Shown here: positions 31,901 to 41,602 of the stretch, in pieces
Numbering within the stretch: position 1 is the first letter of the stretch
Layout: every line of letters begins with the position of its first letter
Assembly (NCBI GenBank): GCA_002189035.1
Contig: NEEC01000021.1
Coordinates: 1,116,001 to 1,180,000 of the forward strand
Length of the DNA stretch: 64,000 nucleotides
Reading direction: 5' to 3'
Source of the DNA: Utricularia gibba
Lineage: Eukaryota > Plantae > Magnoliophyta
The notes under the pieces: generated by a model
What the model saw: the letters and a program-made list of their open reading frames with translations, nothing else
Told to the model about the DNA's origin: nothing
Databases searched by the model: none
Made by a program: the position numbers and the translations under genes

Positions 31901-32538
31901 ATTTGTCAATGGTTGATTTGCTACCCTGTAGGTTGTGAATAAATGGCTAGGACTCCAAGCCATGTCAGATATCCCGAGAAATGTGGAGAACATCCGTAAA
32001 CTCTTAAAGCACCCTGCTTTTGACATGCGCAACCCCAACAAGGTAGATAAAAATCAAGATTGCCGTTTTTTTACACTCGCTCATATCCTGATCCAGTAAT
32101 GTGATCTGCAGGTTTCTTCCCTTATTGGAGGATTCTGTGCTTCTCCAGTCAACTTCCATGCAATCGATGGATCAGGGTACAAGCTGCTTGGAGAAGTGGT
32201 GGTGGAGCTGGACAAGCTGAATCCTCGGGTGAAAAAACAATGCATTTCATTTCATGCTTCCAGCTTCTTTTCTATATACTCACACCGCTTTCTCATGGGG
32301 CGATGCGGATATCAGGTTGCCTCAAGGATGGTGTCTGCCTTGTGTAGATGGAAGCGCTACGATGAAACGCGCCAAAACCATGCAAAGGTAAGAGTGCTCA
32401 TCTTTATTCTGCAATTTGCAGCCAACATTCTTAGTTAACAGAGCATGTCTCTCTCAGGGTGTGCTTGAAATGATCATGGCCACAAATGGGCTCTCAGATA
32501 ATGTGTTTGAGATCGCATCGAAGAGTTTGGCCGCGTAG
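25968..32538 (+). CDS. M1-family aminopeptidase N (PepN-type, puromycin-sensitive aminopeptidase-like) with N-terminal transit peptide; ~30 exons including microexons
   Basis: [12 protein letters not shown]..., [83 protein letters not shown] (HExxH...E), NFYTVTVYEKGAEVVRM. Ends IASKSLAA* (TAG 32536-32538). Confidence 0.95.
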
Positions 32539-32944
32539 AGTCACTCATTCATTGTCTTTGATGCCCAGACAAACCCACAAATGCATTTATTGAGAATTAC
32601 CATTTCCATTCCCTTCTTCAGCTCTTCAGCAACCCCCGTAAGTTCACCTGAGTATTTTTCAAGGAACTTTTCTCCTACTTCATTCCACTAACTTCATTCT
32701 TGTGCACTATCCCTCAGATCAACACCAGAAGCTGAGCCCTTAAGTGAATCCCATGTGGCAGCAGATCACCATAAGTTGCATGGGATGCATGAGAAGAGTA
32801 TGCCATAGAAATTCACAAAATATATTGCATGCAGCCTCAACTATATTGTATGCTTGTATCATAGTTTATTTGCATATGGATTCAGCCTCTGAAAATAGGC
32901 CTAACAATGAAATAAGTTAAGTTCATGATGTGACAGTGTTAATT

Positions 32945-33902
32945 TTAGAGAACAGAAGGGAAAGGAAACATAGGGTGGGAAGTACTAGCAGCAGATGGAT
33001 TAGGGAGTATGCCATCCCCATGATCCATGAAGAAGTAAGATCCATGTTGCTGATCAACCATGCAATCAAGAGCCTCTGTGCACTCCATAGCCGGTAGTGG
33101 CATCTGCCATGCTTCGAAACCGGAACCGAAACCGAATCCGAAACCAAACATCTGTTCCTCCTGATGGCAACGGATGTCGAAAATGAACGATGCCGGATCC
33201 AGTTGTGGAACCAGTAGGGATTGCTGATGATGAGTCTGGGATGGCTCCAAGGGAACCAACATCTCATTGTGCTGGTTTTGTGAGGTATAAGTTTCGAATC
33301 GAAGCTTCTTTTTCTTGATCCATGAGTTCCAATAGTTCTTTATCTCGTTGTCTGTACGTCCAGGCAGATGGCTAGCAATATGAGCCCATCTACAAGTTCA
33401 CAGAGATTCTTATCCTTCATCATCTTGTTTTGAAAATCCCATGAAGGAAAACATCAGCTTGTTTGAAAATCCTATGATCAAACTAGTACTCATTTGGATC
33501 ATCCGATTTCGGATTTCTACGATGCAATGTAGTTCAGTAAAATGGAAGCTCAAGGAATTTGAAGTTACAAACCTATTCCCCACTGCAGCATGGAGACTGA
33601 TGATAAGCTTCTCTTCATCAGCTGTAAACCTTCCCCTTCTGATATCAGGCCTCAGGTAATTTATCCACCTCAAGCGGCAACTTTTTCCACATCTTTGTAG
33701 CCCTACGTATGCGCATGTAAACTAAACTGTAAGAAAACAAGGTCTTCGTGATGATCATAATTTGCAGACCTGCTTTCTGAGGGACTTCACTCCAACAACC
33801 ATAGCCATGGTTAGTTATGTATCGAACGAGCTTTTCGTCCTCCTCCGGTGACCATAGACCCCTCTTCACCTTCTGCTGATTGCAGCATGAATGTTGCCCC
33901 AT
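32945..33902 (-). CDS. MYB103: R2R3-MYB transcription factor, MYB103-like (secondary wall); 3 exons
   Basis: [45 protein letters not shown] | [25 protein letters not shown] | [27 protein letters not shown]. The N-terminus is nearly identical to AtMYB103 as recalled. Confidence 0.9.
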
Positions 33903-35850
33903 AGCTTAGGTTTTCACAAGGGAAGGTTCAGCGTGTTGGCTATTTTATAGCAGGAGATGAGGTTCTAGGAATGTGTTGATTTTGCTGAAACACCTCCATC
34001 TAACCCTAAAATGACATCTCATCCACTGTCTACCAAGTATTTTTCTGCGTAGCGTACTTTTCATGCAGCAGACCAAATGCTTTTACGTAGAATAAGATCA
34101 GGTGCGGGCATAACGGAGCATGTAGAGTTCCCTCTTTGACACGCTTAATCTTGAATTTTCGATAAGTAAAATACCTTGGTGGATTTGCCAAGAGAGCAGA
34201 TTCTCTGAAATGATTCTTTTGTATATATAGTATTTTGTGATATCGATATTAACATGATCATTCTAGTTAATCTTTTGTTATATACCGTATCTAATTGATA
34301 CGAGATGCATCATAGTATTTTTTTGAGTTTAATCCCAAACCACTCGGACAACATGTCTGATACCATGGATTTACTCTCTATTCATCACATGATATTGTTA
34401 ATTCCCGATTTGACTTTTTTTTCACTTTCGGTATCTTTTCAAATGGTTAATTCCACTCTTGATCTCAACATGATTAATTGAAGTTTCAATACAGTCTGTA
34501 TCCCATGAAAAAAAAAACCTCGTATAAAATTAGTGTGATCATTGTCTTTGAACCTTTGCTGCACCAATGTTGGAAAAATAACTCGTAATTTGCCCTACAT
34601 ATACATCTTTCACATGAGAAAAAAAGTGTCATCATGAAAGCGTGTATATTAAGATTGAGTTAAATTCAAATCACTTATAGAAAAAAATAAATTATGATTC
34701 AATCACGATTAAACTATAGTTGAATCAGGATTTGAACTACAATTAAACTACCCAAGTTAAGAACCATTCTTGCAAACGATTTACAGTTTCTCTTACCATT
34801 TAAAACACTCACTCACATACCAACAAAAGGGAGGGATGATGTGGTGATGGTAATCACTCACCACACTGATTGAAACCCTAGCCGTGGGAGGGGTTTGCTT
34901 AACATACCAAAAAGGTGTGTTTGAAAGTTAAATGGAAATGATGACGAAAAAATGGACACTTTGGTTAAGGAATAATTGATCTTTGTCTTAGGTTTGAGGC
35001 AAACCAAAACAACTAACCTTGAAGAAAAATAATCGAATGATGATCAAGTGGGATGTCCCCGGTTCGACTCAATCGAGCCGGATGTTCTTGATTCGACCGG
35101 GTCAAATCATTATGTAAAAAATGTGGTTTTCCGAGGAGATTAAGGAAGTTTTACAATTGTTAATTAGAATTATAAATTATAAGATATTTAATTAGTAGAT
35201 TTAAATAAATTCGATATTATATGAGTTTTTTAATCACATGTGCCTTTGTTTAAAACTATATCTCTTTATTACTTTACATAAAACCACTTAATCCTATTTC
35301 TAATAACAATAAACCAATTGATTGATTGAATAACATATATTCGACATCGAAGTAATCACATCGATTCAAAGCACACCCAAAAGTTATTTGATAAACAGTT
35401 TTTCTTGAAAGTGAAGGAAATGTGTGACGACATCGAAATCAACCAACTGTGTAAACAGCTCAATGGATAACGTTTTGAGGACTCATCGTCTTCCTTGAGT
35501 GGAATCAGATCGCCGCAGAGGTTGCTTTCTTTGGGTAGCCTGCTTTTCAGCCACTCGTGAACACTCTTCTCTAGTGAGTAGTAGTTGTTGGATGTTGGGG
35601 CGATGTTTCTTGTCGGAGGATGAGTTTGGACTTCGGAGTGTCGGTTGGAGGTGCTTTTTGTAAGAACAAAGTCAAACACGAAATCATTTAAAAAATTGAT
35701 CATCCTTTCATTCTTTCTCAAATATTAAAATAAAATTTGTTTAACTAAAGATAGTCATTTTTATCACATAATGAAGAAAGAATGACCATATTTCTAATAG
35801 ACCCGGCAAACACCCTCCACTGTGTACTAAGCAATCTTCCATTTTCACAT

Positions 35851-36306
35851 TTGATATAAAACAAAACAAAATTTTGAGGAAAATTGTCAAATTTCAAGGA
35901 TATTTCATTGAAAATTAAAACACTACTTGGAGATGCTAAACTAGATTGATTAACCTGTATAAAATGTCTTTTTTTTAACCGAAATTGATATAATTAGAAA
36001 AAAAAACTAAGTACAATTTAATTTGGGTAAAACACTGTGCAATACTTGGATGTAATGTTCAAATTTCGAATGTGATAAATCAAACAAACTTTGAGGAAAA
36101 TGATCAAATTGGAAGAAATTTCGAGAATAATTCCCTTTTGGAAATGAATTAAAATTCTAAATTTCGATGAAATTTAAAACATTGTTTAGATGGGGATGCT
36201 AAATTAGGTCCACGAATCAATAAAGTTTTGATTTTTTTTTTTTACAAAAGTTTAGTATTAAAATCGATATAATTAGAAAAACCCTAAATACGAGTTAATT
36301 TGGGTA
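35851..36306 (+). repeat. Diverged tandem duplication (~180 and ~235 bp copies) in the ROH1 proximal promoter
   Basis: Collinear shared blocks between 35851-36029 and 36071-36306: aaacaaa(att/ct)ttgaggaaaat, gg(a/g)gatgctaaa(c/t)tag, aaat(t/c)gatataattagaaaaa...ttaatttgggta. Confidence 0.75.
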
Positions 36307-36447
36307 TATTTTTAGGATAGGTTTCGTGTGCAGATTTAGTATGCTTGCTATTAATAGTCATTCAACGAGTGGAAGCTAAAGAAGACTACCAGCCAATTAA
36401 TTCAGACAAAATTTTCATGCATGAAATTGGATTGAAGGCCATCAGCA

Positions 36448-37695
36448 ATGCCCGATGTTGACAACCAAGGCTCCTTCCTCAACCTCCTCAGCATCCGGCG
36501 TGCCCAAGTTTCCATGGTGGACAACGATCAAGAGCTCGAGGACATCGAGCTTCTCCAGAGACACGTCGCGCATCGCTTTTCTACCCTTTTGGATTCTGCA
36601 GAGTCGATGAACGCCGACCGGGAAGATCCCCCTCCGCCGCTTCTGTCTGTTGCATGGCTGCGTGATTTCCTTGATGTTTTCCTGTGTTGTGAGGCGGAGT
36701 TCAAGGCGGTGCTTGTTTTGGGACGAGATCAGTCGCAGTTCTCCAAGCCGCCCCTCGATCGCCTCCTCCCTGAGTTTCTTGAGCGGGTGGTGAAGGCGCT
36801 TGATGTCTTCCATGCTCTGTCTCATGGTATAGACCTTCTTCTCCAATGGATGAAGCTTGCGAAGGTCGTCGTTGCATCTCTGAATCATAATCCCCTGGGA
36901 GAGGGTCAGGTTGTTAAGGAAGGCTCAACGCTTTGACTGTTTGTATCGACCCAGACTAATACTCTCGCGCAGGTCCGTCGTGCGAAGAGGGCTCTATCGA
37001 CTCTTCTAACTTCGATGGCTGTCGATGATCGGGAGAACGGGATTGCCGGAAAATGCACCGAGAGACATTGGTCTTCAACCCACAGCAAAAGCAAGAAGCA
37101 TCACCACCAGGCGGCGAGCTTCCGGCCGCTATCATCCCCGGTGGCGAAATCCTGGTCGGCGACGAAACAAATCGCGGCTGCAACGATGAATCTTGCAGCA
37201 CCCCGTGGCGTCGATTCGACAGGCCCCGCAGTTCCCGTCTACATAATGAACAACGTGCTGGTGTTCGCTATGTGGGTTCTAGTGGCCGCACTTCCATGCC
37301 AAGAAAGGAACGGAATGGCGAACCATCTCCCATTTCCAAAGCAGCTTGTTTGGGCGCAGCCAATGAGTACCCTTCATGAGAAGATCGGCGAGGATTGGAA
37401 GAGAAAGGAGAAGAAAGGGACTGCGGGATTGCTGGAAGAGGTCCAGAGGATGGAAAAGGTGGCTCATTCAATTGTTGAATCTGTGGACTCATTCGTGTTC
37501 CCGTTAGAGGAGGAGAAGGCTGCCGGCTTGGCGGCTCAGGCCAAGGAGCTCGAGGAGATATGCAAGAAGATGGAGGGGCTGTCGCCATTGCAGCAGCAGC
37601 TTAGAGAAGTTTCTCATAGGATGATCAGAAGCAGAGCTGAGATTTTACAAGCTGTTGAGCAGGCCACCAGGTCTTCTGCACCTGTTCTGTACTGA
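36448..37695 (+). CDS. ROH1: ROH1-like protein (DUF793/BPS1 family); two exons, intron 36910-36972
   Basis: NQGSFL..SIRR, FLCCEAEFKAVL..GRD, KPPLDRL, then VRRAKRAL after a 63-nt GT-AG intron, WSATKQI, PCQERNG, IGEDWKRKEKKGTAGLLEE, QQQLREVSHRMIRSRAEIL. Confidence 0.9.
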
Positions 37696-38434
37696 ACAAT
37701 TCTTGTGGCTCAAGTGTTCATAATGTTCCATAGTTCAACCAGAATAATCCACTTTAATTCTTCATGGTGGAATTGAGTTTTTAACCATCATCATCCTCAA
37801 CTCAATCTTGGGATCCCTGTCGGATTCTTCGGTAATTGATCACAGAATCCTTGATTTCATCTAAATAACCTATCAAACAATGTGAGAATCCTAATGATAT
37901 CACACTTAAATACGTTATTTTAAAGTATTTCTCTATATCCCATTATTTGAAATAGTTTTAGAGAAAACTATCTCGATAATATGCTTTTAAAATCCGTTTT
38001 TTTCACCTTTTTGCAGATATAGTTTTTTAGGTTTTAGAATCTTATTAAATTTTAATATAATCTAATAAATTAGAATCCTATATGTATGTGAAATCCTATT
38101 CATTTTCGAACTCATCAAGGTCAATGGATTGTTATTTTATATAAATTAATTGAAAAGTACTTCAACTAATAATGTGAGAAACTTAATTCTTATCAAATAC
38201 AATAATTTCCAACAGAACCATCGGAAAATCGGAAGGCATAAAAAGATCCAAACTTCTAAAACACCTGACTAAACGGGCTCCGTCGGGGCTATGCATCAGA
38301 AATTCAGGCCTGTGAGGGTAAGGAGCTGGGCTGGTTGGCCCTGACCTGTGTAATAAAAAAAGAAGTCAACGTCTATATAACCGTTGCCTTAAACCCGTTG
38401 ATGAGTGCTGTGTCGTTCTGTTCGACATTGGCTT

Positions 38435-38442
38435 AAACCCTA
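38435..38442 (+). promoter_or_regulatory. Telo-box (AAACCCTA) 20 nt upstream of the twin-CX9C gene ATG
   Basis: AAACCCTA is directly visible; a TGGGCT site II motif lies upstream at ~38327. Confidence 0.55.
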
Positions 38443-38461
38443 GAAATCTGTCACCGTTCTC

Positions 38462-39192
38462 ATGGAGACTTCGCGTAACAAAATGCAGCTTGTTTGTGGG
38501 AAAGAAGCCCTTGATCTGCTCAACTGCGTCTCAGAATCGCCCTACGATCAGCAGAAGTGCATCCTCCTTCTTGAAGCCTTGCGCCAATGCGTTGTTAAGA
38601 GGGTAAACCAACAATCATCATTTTTGAGTTTCTGACCCAGAAAGATTTTTCGTTGCTGAGGGCGATTCTTGGTAGTTTATTTAAGCCGTGATTATTGTTG
38701 ATGCGTGAGGTGTAATTGAGGGCAACTTACACCACCATGGTTTTCAAGCTGACCAGTGATTGTTCGTTGGCTCCTCTGGAAATGGAGTTTCTAGTAACCA
38801 GTGATAGTTATAGTAACTATGGGAGCATGAATTCTTGAAACTTGCAACTACTGCTTTATAGTGACAAGGCTGATGGTGCCCTGGGGGGTTTTATGTTAAC
38901 TAGATTGTTCTGATCCAACTTGGTAGCTATGTTCTGTCTTTCCTAGATTGATTTGATCAAATTTTGTAGTATGGTTCGCTTGGTGGTCTCTGATGATGCC
39001 AAAATCACCATCATCATACAGACTAATTATTGACTACATTCTTATTCTCCTGGAGTGGAATAGCACCTTTTCTGCAGTTTATCTTTTCATGCTGAGCCTG
39101 TTTGGTATAAATTGAGTGTTTCTTTTCAGAAAGTGAAGAAGTTCTCTCTTGCTGATCAAGGTGAAGAAGCAAAGCAAATAAAAAATCCCTGA
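38462..39192 (+). CDS. 67-aa twin-CX9C (CHCH-like) protein, probable mitochondrial intermembrane-space protein; exons 38462-38602 and 39130-39192
   Basis: METSRNKMQLV-CGKEALDLLNC-VSESPYDQQK-CILLLEALRQC-VVKR|KVKKFSLADQGEEAKQIKNP*. Two exact C-X9-C motifs; AGG|GTAAAC donor and TTTTCAG| acceptor in phase 0. Confidence 0.8.
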
Positions 39193-39623
39193 GTTTTCCG
39201 GAAGTTGGGATATAACTATTCAATGTGGGATTCACTCCCCGCACAAGCACACTCCTAATGACACGCTGGTTCATTTTTGTACTACAGTTGAACCCGGATA
39301 CTCGAATCGACGCCATTTAAGTGGTTGTGGAAACAACCAGACTGCATATGAGAATTAGATACCATTTGGGAACTGTTTGAAATCTTCTGATATGGTTGGT
39401 GTTGTTTGTGTTCGTTTTCAATTCACACTGCAGTGCAAAACCTTATTTCAGAGGTTCATGTTACAGAGGCCTAAATCCAGGAATCTATGAGAATATCAAC
39501 TGTTGCAGCTTTGCTGTGATGGTGTGTTTGTTTCGGCATTTGGTGTTCTTGGCTCATGATCTTTATAGTGCCATTTTGCTGTTGTTGGTTCATGATTGGC
39601 ACCAAAAGGGTCATAAATATCGC

Positions 39624-41425
39624 CGGCTCCGGGTTACATCCACCCTGTGGATCTACATGGATAGTCTGGGCTAGAGAACATCAAAAGTGTATTGGGCTGC
39701 CTTTAGCATGTGGGCTGGGCTATATCCCGTAAGTGCCGAACCAAATACTTAGGCTGGGCCATCGCTAGATGCCAGATGGGCTTCATTTTGTGTTCGGGCA
39801 AAGCTGCACTTAGTGCGTGGGCTGGCCACATCAATAGCTGGACTGGGGATTAATTTACTGTTCAGTCTGGGCCATGCTAAAATCTGAGCTGGTCTATTGC
39901 TATTCTATGGGCTAGGCTTCATTCTGTATTCGGGCTGGACCTCACCACAAAGCTGGTCTGGGTCGCACTTAGTGTTTGGGCTGGGTTACATCCTGTACGT
40001 TTGATGGGCTGCATATAACATGTGGGCTGGGTTCGGGCTGACCCTTTACAAATATATGGGCAGGCCGTAGCCAGTAGATGGGCTGGGGTCGAAAAAGTGC
40101 GTGGACTGGGGCTTATTTAAGTGTTTGGACATGACCGCACCAAATAAGTGGGCTGGGTCTCACCTTGCTTTTGAGCTGGTCGATATCCACTACGTGGGCT
40201 GGGCCGCATAAAACATATCGGCGAGGCATCGTTTTTGTGTTCGGGCTGGGTCGAAACAAATCTAGGCAGGCCTGCATTTAGACTTTGGGCTGAGCCGCAT
40301 TGAACAGGTATCTGAGCCGTGGCAAGTAGGCAGGCTGGGCTGGGTAGCACATAGATTGTGGGTTGGTCGCACCAAATAAGTGGGCCGAACCAAATGTTTG
40401 ATCTGGGCCGCACTTAGCTTATGAACTCTGCTACATCCTGTACGTGGGTTGGATCATTAAACATGTGGTCTGGGCTTCATCATGTGGGGTGGGTCGAATA
40501 TAATACTTGGGCTGTCCCGCATGACGCGTCTGGGCGGGGCCGTAGCTAGTAGGCGGGCTGGTCTGCATTTTACATTCAGGCAGGCACGAACAAATTGGGT
40601 TAGCCTACTTCCCATACGTGGGCTGGGCATCATTTTACTGTTCGGGCTGGACCGCACATAATACTTGGGCGGGGCCGCAAATATCATGTGGGCTAGGCTA
40701 TATTTATTTTGTGTACTGGGCTGCATTAATTATTTGGGCTGAGTTTCATTTTGTGTGCGAGATGGGCCTCATTTAGCTTGTAGACTGGGCACCAGGTGGA
40801 CTGACCGCATCTAGTAGGTGAACTGGACTTAATTAAGTGTTCGGGCTGGGCCGTAGCTAAAAGATGGGTTGGGCTTCGTTTTGTGATCGGGCTGGGTCGC
40901 ACCATATCCTTGGGCATACTCTTAGTTATACATTGGGCGGGGCCGTATCTAGTGTGCGGACTAGGGCTTAAGTGTTTGGGCTTAGTCGCATCGAGCATGT
41001 GCGATGGGCCGTGGCTCGTAGGCAGGCTGGGCACCACTTTACCGGGCTGAGTCGGACTTAGATTGCGGGTTGAGCTCCATCCATCCAAGATGTGGGCGGG
41101 GCTTTGTGTTTGTGTTCGGGCTTGTCATACCAAGCACATGGGCTTGGCAGCAGCAAGGCAGTGGGCTGGGCTGCCTTTAATATGTGAGCTGTGCTACATT
41201 TGTGTTCGGGCTGGTCCGCACCAAATACTTGGGCGGGTCCACATTGAACATCCGGGCATGGCCTTAGGTATTAGGTGGGCTGGGCCGAAGTCAATATATG
41301 GGCGGGGCATCATTTTTGTTAGGCCGAGCCGCACCAAATACCTGGGCCGGACCGCATTAAGCGTCTGGGCTGCGCTGCATCTTTTAGGTGGGCGGGGCTG
41401 CATACAACTTTGGGTTTATCGGCAT
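39624..41425 (+). repeat. ~1.8 kb degenerate minisatellite-like array; 23-24 bp units with core YGGGCTGGGCCGCA plus variable spacer
   Basis: GGG-register positions at 40620, 40644, 40667, 40690, ~40713 and 40736 (spacing 24,23,23,23,23). All cores lie on the + strand. About 70-80 units, estimated from length/period. Confidence 0.9.
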
Positions 41426-41602
41426 TCGTGAAAAAAGTTGCAGTTTGGTTATCTGAGAAGAACAATTTCGGAAAAGGGCGGCCCAGTTTTTGTTATACGA
41501 GGCAATCTTTTTTATTTACAAGATGTCGTTGCTCTAGTTTTATCTGAGAACAATTTCTGGATTCGATCTGCCGTGATCAAGTTCCCATTTTTATGCTCAC
41601 CG

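Noticed and set aside
35058-35105. Short imperfect palindrome CCGGTTCGA…TCGAGCCGG
   Set aside because: The stem is too short for a miRNA precursor or a definable MITE; probably a TE scrap.
35356-35721. 121-aa minus-strand ORF between MYB103 and ROH1
   Set aside because: No recognisable motif or splice context; within chance expectation for intergenic DNA.
39023-39316. 97-aa minus-strand ORF
   Set aside because: Antisense to exon 2 of the twin-CX9C gene; no independent support.
39624-41425. CRISPR array interpretation of the repeat-spacer pattern
   Set aside because: The context is eukaryotic, the repeats are degenerate and only ~14 bp, the spacers are ~10 bp and recurrent, and there are no cas genes.
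40117-41431. Pro/Ser-rich ORFs tiling the array (40117-40413, 40457-40726, 40726-41088, 41194-41403 on -, 41063-41431 on +), including a TAATG stop/start overlap at 40724-40728
   Set aside because: They are by-products of the GC-skewed repeat. The 23/24-bp period shifts frame repeatedly, and there is no recognisable domain or splice structure.
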